Shown piece after piece: positions 1-12,650 of a DNA stretch of 64,000 bases. The position numbers were made by a program, and so were the translations under genes. Source of the DNA: Antedon mediterranea (taxonomy: Eukaryota; Animalia; Echinodermata); NCBI RefSeq assembly GCF_964355755.1, contig NC_092674.1:24552001-24616000 (forward strand), given 5' to 3'. Below the pieces are notes generated by a model, which worked only from the letters and a program-made list of their open reading frames with translations, did not search any database and was not told the origin of the DNA. Numbering within the stretch: the stretch's first letter is position 1; each line of letters opens with the position of its first letter.

Positions 1-45
1 AATTTGCCGTTATGCTTTTCTTTATGTTATTTTTATTTTTTAATT

Positions 46-243
46 AGAGTTCAACTCAGACAGCATCGTACGACGAGTTCTCTCGTCGGGGGAAAATTAA
101 ACGTTTAAAGTTCTCCCGGCGACTTAAAAACTACGCCCGACGCTATCTCATGACGACTCGTCACGTCGACTCGTCACGTCGGGATTCAATGCAAACGAGT
201 CCAGACGTTTCGTCGGGCCTCGTCGTGCTGTCTGAATTGGCCT
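46..243. mobile_element. MITE with imperfect terminal inverted repeats (PIF/Harbinger-like)
   Basis: Left end tcagacagcatcgtacgacgag is an imperfect inverted match to right end ctcgtcgtgctgtctgaattggcct. The interior is GC-rich and has cgtcg motifs against an AT-rich background. Confidence 0.65.
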
Positions 244-1373
244 TCTATCATTTTACTGTTAGTGCAATAAAAGGTGATTGTTATCAGACGAAAATTATAC
301 CTTTAAGGTATGCCTTATCTTAAAGCTAATTTGACTTAAGTAAGCAGTCAATGTTAGTGTTTAGCATAGAGTTTCTATATATAATATTAATCTATATTCT
401 ATTTTGTAATTAAATAATATAATTAACTTCACATATACGTAACGAATAATTATTTATCTCTGCAATAGATCAAATTCGATAAATATGTCACAATGTACAC
501 AAAAACAACTGGCTTGACCGCTTCAAATATTATACTGTCTGTGTACCATGGTATTACACAGAACATAAAGAAATTAATTAAACGTGATTTTATATGATAA
601 TGTTAAAGATAAATATATATCAAGGCTTTGTAATTAAAAAATAATCATACCATATTTATAATACATGTTAATTTGTTATTGTCATTTCCAATTTTAACTA
701 GTTTTTAATAATTGTATTAAATTGTACTTTTTCATAAAACAAACCTTGAGATTAACGAAGTATTTACTATTATATATTTTTAATAAATTTACAGTAGTAA
801 TTTGTTGTAGTGCTTGTAATTACGAATTTCAGGATAAATTTAACTAAATTGTTTTGAATGAGTAAAATATGTACATTTTATTGTAAGTTACTGACTCTCC
901 AATGACCCTTGACCTGTTCAAGTTAAGTCTAAACTACAGAAGACATCAAGCAAACCCAATATTCCGAATATCTGTACAAATAAAAAAAATTTAATTTCAC
1001 GAAACAAAACAAAAACACTTTGAATTCTAATTTTTATAGCCTAAATATGATTGGGCTGGGTGATTTGTAAAGCAGTTTTATGACATTAAAACAAAAGATG
1101 TATTTGAATTGTTGGTATAGCATAGATACGACTGGGATGTGATGGGGTGGGGATAGAGTTGTCTATTTGCCAATTTGCTATCATATCAATTATTTTTAGG
1201 TTTTTATCGACGCCAATTGAACGAACACTTTAGGCCAGTATGGTTTTTATACCTATCTTAATTGTCCTAATTTTGTATGTTATTTATGATTTGTACATTA
1301 TTGATCAATTAAATATAGTAGTGAATAAATCTAAGATCTACATTGGTCTGGTATAACAGTAATACATACACAA

Positions 1374-1880
1374 CATTGTTGTTATTTTTTGTTTATTTGG
1401 TGAGGTGAACATTTAAATTATTATACGAATATTTATAACGAGACAAAAAAAAGATGACTTTGATGACGATGACGACGACATTGTTGTTATTTTTTGTTTA
1501 TTTGGTGAGGTGAACATTTAAATTATTGTACGAATATTAATAACGAGACAAAATAAAAAGATGACTATGATGACGATGACGACGACATTGTTGTTATTTT
1601 TTGTTTATTTGGTGAGGTGAACATTTAAATTATTATACGAACATTCATAACGAGACAAAAAAAAGATGACTATGATGACGATGACGACGACATTGTTGTT
1701 TTTTTGTTTTGTTTATTTGGTGAGGTGAAGATTTAAATTATTATACGAACAACGAGACAAATAAAAGATGATTATGATGATGATGACGACGATGATGATG
1801 ATATTTATGTTGATGGAGGAGGGGAGGAGAATAAAGATGAAGAACATGAAGATGACGATAACGACGATGATGATAATGAG
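1374..1880. repeat. ~106-bp tandem repeat (4 copies) fading into a (GAT/GAC)n microsatellite
   Basis: Unit cattgttgttattttttgtttatttggtgaggtgaac...gatgacgacga restarts near 1374, 1479, 1586 and 1691. Confidence 0.9.
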
Positions 1881-3957
1881 GATTGTTGGATATTCATAAT
1901 CATGATGTCTGAAAAGAAAAAAAAAACGATCGTCTTCTTAATTGTAAAGTTCCAACGTGACAACCGTGTGCTTGAAAAGTGGCTATAAATTTGAATAGTA
2001 CTATTTAACTTTATATTACAACCTATTTCATTTGTATCAATAAAACAATGTAATAATGATATGAGTATTATCAATTTTTCTATTCGACTGATCAAAGAAA
2101 TAGTTACACGGAATTCACACCTTCGTTGTAATTGATTCAAGAAAGTTACGTCATTTATTATTATGCAAAATAGATGACATTCCTGTCGTCCTTGTTTTTT
2201 TTCAAAACTGGTTTACGGTTCACTGTTGTGATGTGTGCAAAACAATCTACGATGTCTAACTTAATGGAACTCGTAACATAGTTAGGATAATTATTTGATT
2301 AGGCCTACAGTAGATATAATACAGGCCTAAGAGTTTATGACTTTTTGAACTGAAAATTAACTGGTAAGTTATTTACTGTTACTATTTTAGAGGATTTGCA
2401 TTGAGACGATCAACTCTTGGTAAACAAGTGATTTGAGTTGTGTACCGCAGGCATGTATATTTAGGTAGGCTCTTATTTGGTGAAGGGAAATCAAAGCCTA
2501 GCAATCAATGATCAAATAAAACTGTGAATTTACAGATTTCCAAAGAAGAATGTGTTCGCCCACGTTGTTTAGTGTTTCGGTTCATCTGTAGGCCAGTTTG
2601 TCTAGTCTATGCGTTTCATTTGCTGAATCTTTTAAAAGACTTAAACATTGTGACTTTTAAGCATTGGTGATTTAACTCAACTCATGTTTTTTTGCGGGAA
2701 AAAGTAAATAAACTGTATAAGATATGAACATCAATACAGTATATACGTGCAAACGTATTTCATTGGCCCATCTTGATTGGTCAGTAAATGAAACAATTCC
2801 TGTACGCGGTTTTATTATTTCGTTTCCTGTATTGGTCATTCGAAGAACCATTCCAGTTTGATTATATCTGTTGATTGGGCAGTTTGCTGACCGATTGGTC
2901 ACTTGGTTAATGTTTTGTAAATTCTTATGTTTAATTTGTAGTTTCGAGGGTTTCAAAATATTGTTTTTCTGTATAATGGATATATGGCCTGTCAGGTTAT
3001 TGAACCTATCACCATCTCCTGGTTGTAGTTATAATTTGAATGATAATATTTAAATTTAAAAGAACATATTGATTGAAACATTTACAGTATGAAGCACCAA
3101 AAGAAGCGTGTACTTCTCAATTTGGTTACCAATCGTTATTTATATCCAACAACATTCAGGACAAGACATAAACACATAATTTAAAATATAAATATATACA
3201 TTAATTAAACTGTTAACTGTGATTTAGTTAACTTTGGTATACCCTGTATATTTTTCCTCTCTGTTCATGTTTGCACGCATTGTTTTATTGTTTTGTACCT
3301 TGTTTTGAGGTGAATAAATAAAAATTGAACTGCATATCCGCAAAAATGTGGTTCATTCATTTTCATTCAGATGTCAAATAAACCATCGATTTGCTCACTT
3401 GATAAATAGTTAATGCGCTTATTTTGGGCTATATATATATATATATATATGTATGCAGTTCAATTTTTATTGTGCATTTGTTTCCACAGCAATACAAAGC
3501 ACATCACATGAAATTAACATTAATATCTCCGTGTCAAATTTAATAGATAAATTTGAAAGTGTAAACACTTATGTCATATACATAACTTAATGTAGAAATT
3601 GATTTATCAAGATTTATCAAACAATTTCTTTTGAACTCAACTGAACCCTAAGCGTGCTTCTGTGGCTTTTGAACACATATACCATTAGAGGTGAAAATCT
3701 TTTTTTTTTTATTGAAACGTTACTCAAGGTTGTTGGTGTGGCTAAATCAACTGTGGTCAAGGAAGACTGAGATATCTTACCTTTCCTGAAGTGGTCAATA
3801 CATGAATATGTGACCACATAATTCAAATAATTTAGTTAAAATCATGGGTCTTGAGATGGAGTGCCATATTACTAAAATAAAAATGGCTCAAAAATAAATT
3901 CCTATTATGGGGATAGACTTGATAGTAAAAAGTAAAACAATGTTCAAGACTAGCTTA

Positions 3958-4100
3958 AGCTCTGTCTACACTATCAAACTGTATGTGCCCATATATGAAC
4001 ATAATGATGTCATATCACTACCATATTTGTGTACATCGCTACCATATTTGAGCACATCACACTTTTGTGTCACACAAACTTTGATAGTGTAGACAGAGCT
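3958..4100. mobile_element. MITE family A (AGCTCTGTCTACACTATCAAA TIRs), complete copy
   Basis: TIRs agctctgtctacactatcaaa and tttgatagtgtagacagagct with TTA/TAA flanks. Internal 21-bp motif catatcactaccatatttg. Other copies at ~17659, 19938, 53772 and 53994. Confidence 0.85.
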
Positions 4101-4299
4101 TAAAACCTGACCTCTGGAATACTTTACCAGAAGAACTCAGAATTATTAATTTTATATCTCGTTTTAAGTCCAAACTACATAAATACCTTGTTTCTACTAT
4201 TATTGTTTAAGTTAATAATATATCTTAAGTTAAATTATAACTGCTTAAGTTGAATGCCTTTTTTGTTCATTATCATGTTTCTTACCTTACTTAAATATG

Positions 4300-4436
4300 T
4301 TGCCTGGACCCCACATTTTAAAGCTTAGCTTCCAGTGGGGTACCCATTTTCTCATTTTTTATTTATTATTTTAGAAAATGTTAACTGTATATTGTTTTTA
4401 TTTGAGAAATAAATTATTATTGATTGATTGATTGAT
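4300..4436 (+). mobile_element. 3' tail remnant of an L2/CR1-group LINE or SINE
   Basis: Stem-loop ggaccccac...aagcttagctt...gtggggtacc, then AATAAA and a (TTGA)n tail. A similar reversed tail lies at ~11900-12040. Confidence 0.45.
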
Positions 4437-6304
4437 AAAGTTTACTTTCGCATTTATCTTCTTTAAACTCATTCCTACAAGAAGCAAAATGAAAATGTTG
4501 CTGAAATGGAAATAATGAAAAGATAAACACCATTACATAACAAACATTATTTTGTTTTTGTCTTGTGTGGGTTCGTCCCACTTTTATTATAGTTCTATAA
4601 ATATAAATAATATATGTATATATGCACATTTATATAATTCTCTTATTTATAAGGTACATTGTTAAAAAAATACATATCTTTTGAACAGTATATACATAAG
4701 ACTAAGATTATTTTGATGTTAAGAAGTAACCACATTTACATTCATATACATTTTTCAAAATACAATTAATTAAAATATGTCGATGGCAGTAAACTGACGA
4801 TAAAAATTGATTTAAAAAAAACGTACTTATGAAAAAGTTATTATTGTTGTTTTATTCTGTTCGTGTCCGTTGTCTGGGTAGAGAGGCTATAAACTCAGGG
4901 GAAGAATATAAAGAATCTTCCCTTTTCACCAAGAAAAAAATTGATGAGATAAAAACGAAGAATGCAAAAGCTTGAAAAAGGGGTGTTTAGAATGAATAGG
5001 ATGGAATGATATATATAATGAAAACCATAAGGTTAGAGTCCATACACAGTGCAAGTCCAAGGTAATATTTTGGCTCTGTGTGTATGTGAGTCGCTTCATA
5101 CCCGGATGACATATCTTAAAACTAATATAGTTACTAGGCCTATATACAATGTATTTAAGAGATAAAAATAGCATTACTATATAGCATTATTATATACAAT
5201 CCGGTTTGAAAGGTATTTCTTTCTGATTTATAGTATAGGCCTAGATACAGTTGGACATATTTTTATTATATAAAAGGTTAGGTTAGTTCAAAGTAAAGAT
5301 ATAACAAGCAATAATGTTGTTTTAAACTTTGAAAAAACAATTGATGTGAATATAGTCCTAATTATCATTAGAAAAACATGTAAATACATTAGATTGAAAA
5401 AAGGCTGATCATGTGGCAGCCACCAAATAAACCCTTTGATCTTCCGATCTCAGAATCCTTTTGTGAGATTGCCTTGTTAAAACCATGGAGGAAAAAATAA
5501 ATATTATTGTTTCATCAATGTAAGAGCGATGTGTGTAGGCCTAGAGAAAGGTTATAAAGGAAAATATTATTATTATAGAAATGAGATATAAATTATAACT
5601 ATTATTTCAAAACTCGTGGGCCTCTGGATCTGGATGAATACTGACGAAGGACCACATAGGTATATGCGCCAGGGGGTGCGTCTCTCGGTGTACAAACATC
5701 ATGCGTAACTGAATTTGTTTTATAATTTTTATTTTTTTATTTATTAACTTCACAAAACTGACCAAACAATGACGAAAAAACAAACAAACCAACATCCATA
5801 CATTAATATACATAAATCGATTGCTGCATTAAAGCCTCCAGTAGTTCCCTAGTTAGAAACAAAATAACACGTTTTATTTTGTCGTTATACAGTTCACGGC
5901 CAGGTATACTTGTTCTTCCTCTGATTTGTATTATAACATGGCAATTTCCGCGTGGAATGGTTCAATAAAATTAATATAGTATACTTGTATTGCGAAAAGC
6001 AATTATCTGTCAAGTTTAAAACCGCAAGAAGATGGTTTTGAACTTTAGCATAGTACCACTTTCATGAACTATCGTCTCTCCTTTTTATTCTTCTTTTTTT
6101 AAAACCAAAATCGTTATATTATCATTGGAACGGTTTTATTGCTCTTAAAAATTATGACATCATTTGATGGGATTTATGAATATATTAATTTAATCGAAGA
6201 CAGTATAAAAATGGATAAAGTTCTGTAGGAAGAAACATTTCGAATTGGTATGTTTTTTTGAAAGAAAAATGCCTATTGATAATATAAATTATATATATAA
6301 TATA

Positions 6305-6570
6305 GTGCTAGTGCTGTTCCGCCGTACCACGCCGAGAATGTTAAAGAGTCGTTATCCAATCGAGTTCGAACAATACCATGAAAGCCCCAGTGGTCTAATG
6401 GTTAGGACATCTGCATATCAAGCAGGCGGTCCGAGTTCGATTCTCGATTGGGGCGACTTTTTCTCATTCTCACAGATTTCCTCTTCTTTATCGTTTCAAA
6501 TTAATTAATTAAATTTCAGTATATCACCGGGCGGTTTAGAATTAATGTTCTTTGCCTCTTGTGTTTATAT
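6305..6570 (+). mobile_element. Unclassified TA-flanked repetitive element carrying a tRNA-like gene
   Basis: Bounded by short TA runs. Its last 53 nt (6518-6570) recur identically at 30190-30242 between two TA tracts. Confidence 0.6.
6384..6455 (+). tRNA. tRNA-like gene or pseudogene, anticodon ATC (Asp-type), embedded in a repeat
   Basis: 72-nt cloverleaf: acceptor GCCCCAG/TTGGGGC, D-arm GTCT-AATGGTTA-GGAC, anticodon stem TCTGC/GCAGG with loop ATATCAA, T-arm CGAG-TTCGATT-CTCG, discriminator G, followed by TTTTT. A32 is atypical and one T-stem pair is mismatched. Confidence 0.55.
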
Positions 6571-6869
6571 TATATAATCATTGATCTTAAGATACAGTAT
6601 AATATATTTCCATGCATATGTACTGCAGCTATAAATAAATATATACAGTAGATATAGAGAGATAAGTCCTATTTGTGTAAGAGGTCAACAAACTATTTCA
6701 GTATACGAAAGGCGATTACAACCAGTGTGTGTAAATGCAGTTAGCAAACGTGTACATTTACTAAACTTAGCGCTTTTGCGGTTAATAAGGCTCTCTTGAT
6801 TTGCAAATATATAAAATACTAAACAAACAAAATATTCTAATGATAAATTATAATTTGTATACTCTACCA

Positions 6870-7205
6870 TTGACGTATCGCATGTAATACCGTGTCCTAG
6901 TAGTTGTATGACGCGTTTTGGTACTTAAATTTGTCTCTATCCGACACCAAAAATTGAGAAAACAAATATGTAAATCACTTTAATTAAACCATTAATGAAT
7001 TGCGTGACCGCGTACTATGTGTATCCGAGGATACGGTTATTTGATGCGCGCAAACATAAAAGACCACCACTTCCGTGAATAATTAACTCTTTGCTTTATA
7101 AGCAGAAGAAAATTATGGTCTCCGAAATTGTTAGAAAGTTACAGAGAAGAGAAGAGTTCTATCACTACGAAATTGGTAACGATCTGCAGTTATAATAATA
7201 TTAAG
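6870..7205 (+). promoter_or_regulatory. Putative promoter and non-coding exon 1 of the orphan prohormone gene
   Basis: CRE half-sites TGACG at 6871 and 6909, TATAAGC at 7097-7103, and a strong donor AAG|GTAAGT at 7205/7206 that pairs with the acceptor at 8415-8416. Confidence 0.6.
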
Positions 7206-8421
7206 GTAAGTTTTTACAATATTTTATCTGAATAAATAGTTTACAATTTCTATTTAAGAAAAAGAATTTTTAATATATAGAAAGAAAGAAGCTTAGCTTA
7301 TTCCAAAAAACAAGTCGGAAACAAAACAACTTGTTTAAACTAAATTATAGTTAGAAATATTTCTATTTCTATATATTTTTTTTAATGAAATTCAGGTTTA
7401 ATAAATCCTTAATTATAACAATCAAAAGAGGCCTTACCTGTTTATTTTAACTTTTTCAGTATTAGGTATTTAGAAACTTCTTTAAAAAATGTATAATGTA
7501 TATCGTTTAGTTTAATAAAGTGTGAACATTCACTGTTGGCACGATAAATTTGTGTTCACGAAGATACATTATTACATACGCTTTAAAAACAATATAATAT
7601 CATGATTAACAAACAACGATGTTTAACAAATAAATTGAAAAGAACATTAAAATCTGTGCTCAAATTATGCAAATGTTTTGAAAATGAACTTTTAAAAATT
7701 AATAGCATTACATACGTTTCAATTATAGACCTAATTACAATGATAAAACTGTAACAATGGTTACTGGATTTCATATGGTATTTTAAATGTTCTTGTTTCA
7801 AAATTGTTGTAACAAATAGATTATGCGTAATAGCATTTGACTTGGATGGAAAGTTTAATAGGCCTGCTGGTCAAAGGAATTGTCTTCATAGAGAAAACTA
7901 GTACACAATGACGCAAAGTTGGCATTTGGCTACGTTCAAGTGTACACCATATTTTTTAGACTGACATACAATTATTGAATTAATGAAATTAACTTCCTAT
8001 TCTTTCATCTTTAGGCCTACAAACAATTCTTTATATTTATTTTGAAGTTGTACTCTCTTTCGCTTTTAAAACTTACAATAGGCCTACTCTAGTATTCAAA
8101 ATAATACTATAGGCCTAATTTCCAAAAATGTAGGATGGAAATAGTGCCAGTTGTTATACTTTCAACTTTTAACGAAATCATGACATTCAAAATTCTAATT
8201 TTTTTTATTGTTGGCAGTAGTTTGTGTAGAATATTTTAATTTTTCTTTAATTTTAATACAATCACAATATTATTATCCCAACATTGCTATTAGCTGAACT
8301 GCATAGGCTTACAATAACGCTATTCTACCTGGCAACCATTAACAGTTGTTTCAAGTGCACTTTTACTGACAATTCTTTACCGAGAAACTGATGTTTTAAT
8401 TACCTTTACCTTACAGTGATC

Positions 8422-9619
8422 ATGACTGCAATGGCATTACTAAAAAATATAGGTATAGTGTTAGTCTTAGTGTTGGCAATTAACTGCAGATGCAACCAGG
8501 CTGATGAAACCAATGCAAATACACGACCAAGTAGAGCACTTGATTCAACAGAACTAAGCAGTAAAGGACAAAATGTAGTACGTGGCGTTCGCCGATTGGT
8601 GGATTTAGTTGACACAATGGAAGCAAGCAGACAGAGGGCGCTACGGAGAAATCAGAATATAGCCGCTGCTGCCAAGAGAGCTGGTGGTTTAAGTAAAACT
8701 ATACCACAAGGATGGAGAAAAAAAAGAAGTACCAGTGGCTCCAGTGACGATATTATGGACATAGCTTTTATAAATCAATTTGACGACGAGGAGAAAATAT
8801 TCAAATCTACATTCCGTGACTTCATTGATTATCTTGAAAAGGTAATTATGCCATGATAGGACGCTTGTCAAAGTATATCTTCCTTTTTTGACGTGGTTTT
8901 TGACGTGGTCACACAATTTCTGTGTGATTTTCTTTATGTCAAAAATCCATTATGTCCCTTTGACTAATTCCCCCCCCCCCCCACAATTTTTTTTTTTAAT
9001 TTTCGAAAAAAAGTGGGTCATTTTGAAGTATCATAATAATTGTTAACTTTCACCAAAAATTAGTCGAGAAAAAATTATTTAACCAAAATACAGATGTTTT
9101 TTTGTTCAAAAATAACTTTGACTTAGCGCTTGTTTTGCTACTCTGTATGCATAATCATAAAACTCCCTCGCGATCTGTGTGAAAACACCTTCTCAACATT
9201 GTTGTAAACAATCCTAATTAGCATCATGCATAATGCATACTCATGGTTTGAAATCTTTGTTTACTTTCGCTCGTGACGATTTTCCAGACGAAATGTAATC
9301 AAACTAATTTACCTGTTAATTACGTAAAATTGTTGTTTTTGGTTCGAATTTTCGACTTAAAGTGACTAACTTTAATATTACTTTGATATGGCCAATTCAA
9401 ATTTAGAATTTTTTTTTTTTTCATTTTTTGTGTTTCAGGGGACAATACATTTTTAACGTTTTAATGTTAATAAAATAAACTTACGTATTATGATTTTATG
9501 GTGCCTTCTTTTCTTTTCATTTTATTAATTGTTTTTTCTTTTCTTTTTATATACAGATACATGGTAAATATGCTGAGTTTCTTGAAATGAGAGCAGACAA
9601 TGAAAACATGCAGGGGTAA
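8422..9619 (+). CDS. Secreted neuropeptide/peptide-hormone precursor, family unassigned (~160 aa; exons 8422-8841 + 9557-9619)
   Basis: Acceptor ttacAG ends at 8416 and the ATG is at 8422. Hydrophobic signal peptide (IGIVLVLVLAINC); RPSR, RR, KR and RKKR cleavage sites; acidic C-terminal region. Donor AAG|gtaatt at 8841 joins in phase 0 to a polypyrimidine acceptor at 9556, adding IHGKYAEFLEMRADNENMQG*. AATAAA at 9707. Unspliced read-through would stop at 8856. Confidence 0.8.
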
Positions 9620-12496
9620 CTATCTGTATTGCCCTCAACAACTGATGGCCAACTTGATTCGACAAAGGGGACACGCCCTGGCTTAAATTACTATAGATAT
9701 TATTAAAATAAAATAAAAAAATGTTTTCAGTGGGACACCGCAACTTGCTTTAATTATTAAAGTATTGCACATTATAATTAAGCTTTATTTCGCAAATTCA
9801 ATGCATATAAAAAATAACATGGTAAATATGTGACAGATTTTTTGCTACATTTGTCATTTGTGTTTGCAACTGTGGTATCCAGAGTAGTACTATATAGTAA
9901 TTATTATTTATATGGTTTTAGTTTTAGTACCAACAATCATTTCTACTTTTGCATATCGTTAAAGACAGATACGGTCGTGTAGAGATATCAATGTATGTAC
10001 GCGCGCGTGTCAGGTTGTTGTGATTATTAACAATGATTTTATATAGCCGAAGGTTAGATATCAAAGAACAATGTTATCGCAGTTCAAAAAGTGATTCTCC
10101 ATAGGAAGGGAACCAACAAGATGGCGGCTGCAATTGACCAATCAGATATGCCATACGCAGTACGCATTGCGATACGCCTGTGTTGAGCCTATCTGCGTGA
10201 GAACGATACGCTTTACCCCACTGTTATTAACTTAGTTTTTTGCTTCATGTTTCGTAATCAGTTGGTGAATGTCTGAAATTGGTTTATTAATGTAGAAATA
10301 AAAAATATATTGCCAAATCCATATAAAGTACTATAATGATGACGTGCGTGTCTCTTATTGAACGATACGTCTATTGTCTGTAATGATACTATATTTTTAG
10401 CATATTATTATAACGTTAGGTCTACATTGACCCAGAGATTCATTACACTAAAATGACGTAGGCCTATTTCTTCAAACCTTAAAGGAACCAATTGAGACTA
10501 TCAAACTTCGTCGTCGATTAAATAAAAATAATATTTCGGCTCGACGTAAACAAACAGGGTACACAGCAAATTATAACCAAAATATCTGACTTGGATTAAA
10601 CTTTTTTAATTTTAAGCATCATGCTTCGCTGATTTTATTGTGATGCCATCCGTGAAATGTAATGAATTTTAAAAGAAAACGGCCACCGAGTATATAGCAT
10701 AACATTTGAGTTACTGGGTTAATCTGTATCTATATTGATACATTAATATAAATCAACTAATAACTTTGTTAACGTCTGTTGAGATATAACTATTTTATTT
10801 AATACATTTATTATTTATCTAATGTTATATAATGTTGTAATGTAATGAATTAAATACCGACGTATGATTTATTTATTGTTGAGATGATGGAATAAATTAT
10901 ATGCTTATCATGCCAGTTATTTTGTTATGTTCACTGATTATAACAATTTTCAACTATAGGGGCGCAATAAACTAGACAATTCTCATTTTCAGACACCACA
11001 CTCACATTTCTCCAATGTCATAACTTCGTGGATTGATTCGACGACAGCGCCTTCTATAGACTTAACTGAGTGGGAAAAATAATTATGCCGCCGGCTTACA
11101 TCTCCGTCCTTACACGTGGCCATAATCAACCCCATCATTTCGTCCCATTTTCACACGTTGGAACATGCTCATTCTCTCTCATCTTTAACTCCCAAACATA
11201 GATGCGAGAGTCAATTTTCATTGCTTCACCAATCCATAATTGTTAAAACGCTTGATTGAAATATTTTGTAATTATCGTATATCTATAAAACATTCGTATA
11301 TAATGTATTATTAACAAATCCCTTTTGATGGATTTCTTTATTAGATTCATTAGAGTCAAATCTGTGACGTTTACAGCGTGTCTTCGTGTTGGTATGTTTT
11401 GATTCTATAAACTAATCTATGTAAATTGACGTAGGCTCATTAAACAACTAATGACTCGAGACCGGTAGGGTGTATAAGCACTGATTGCTAGCATCAACTT
11501 GTTATTCTATGAACTTCGAAATAAATTGTAGTGGGCTTCTTTATAGATGGAGATTATGGGTTCTTTTTTCGTGTAAAAGATGGAGAAATTCGTCGGAGAG
11601 TAGCAAGCACTATGGCATAACAAATGGAGATGAATGGATGAAAAATAAATGAGATAGTTTTAGGCCTAATTGAGCCCATGCCATTTCACTTTCACTGATC
11701 TGTAGTTTGTAAAAGTGTTCTTTCAAACACACTGGTTTTGGGCTTTGGTGAACTACGTGTCGTCTGCTCAGATAAGCGAGGGATTGACAACATGGTTGTT
11801 TTCAATGGGAATGTATTTAGTTATTGTCTACGAGATAGGGCTTGTTTGTCGTTGTGTAATACATTCATTTTTAGTCCAAACAACGTTGTATACATAAGAA
11901 TTCAATCAATCAATCAAAGTAACATTTATTTCTCTTCTTCTCTTTCATAGAATATAACAATTAACAGTAAATATGATTAAAATAAGAGGGGCAACATTCC
12001 AAAAAAGCGAAGCTTGTATTTAAGGCAGCCCATAAAAACTATAAAAAAAAAAAAAAAACAAAAACAGGACAACACGGGAACGGGAATTGCAAGTAATTTC
12101 TTTCTTTTATCACTGCATAATACCCGTACTAGTTGATAACTTTTTGATATAAATTATTATTTGTCGTTTTATAATTTACATACAGTATAAACACATTTGA
12201 ATCGACTTTAGAATTAGAAAAAATGTGAACGCTTTTGTGCATTTTGGGTAATGGTGTATTATCTCAATTAAGGAACGTATATAAAATCTGCATAATGCAG
12301 TATAAACACATGTTTTAAATCAATATTTGAATTATTAGAGTTTTGTTACACCATGACTATATAATAAAAGTTAATTATCAATTACCGGTAAATAATCGGG
12401 ATTAGGTGGAACATTACGACATCAACATGATGATGGAATGACTATAAGACGAATTACAGTAAAAGGAAACATACACATAAACATTTCGAAATTAAT

Positions 12497-12650
12497 TTTT
12501 TTTTTACAAATTAATGATCCAAAGTTTGTGTATTATATGTTTGATTTCATAGCAAAATACATTATTAAAATCACAGTTTTTTTTTTACAAATTAATGATC
12601 CAAAGTTTGTGTATTATATGTTTGATTTCATAGCAAAATACATTATTAAA
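12497..12650. repeat. Recent ~80-bp tandem duplication
   Basis: Two identical copies of ttttttacaaattaatgatccaaagtttgtg...cattattaaa. Confidence 0.9.

Noticed and set aside
1805-2140. 111-aa ORF with a poly-Ser tail
   Set aside because: Non-ATG start, and the tail is the antisense of a (GAT)n microsatellite.
8416-8421. ORF-track start at 8416
   Set aside because: It is a GTG overlapping the splice acceptor; the first real ATG is at 8422.
10988-11052. RE1/NRSE-like halves (TTCAGACACCAC ... GACAGCGCC) between the neuropeptide genes
   Set aside because: The halves are ~45 nt apart and the left one has an insertion. The right half is better explained as part of an inverted ctatagRRggcgc pair.
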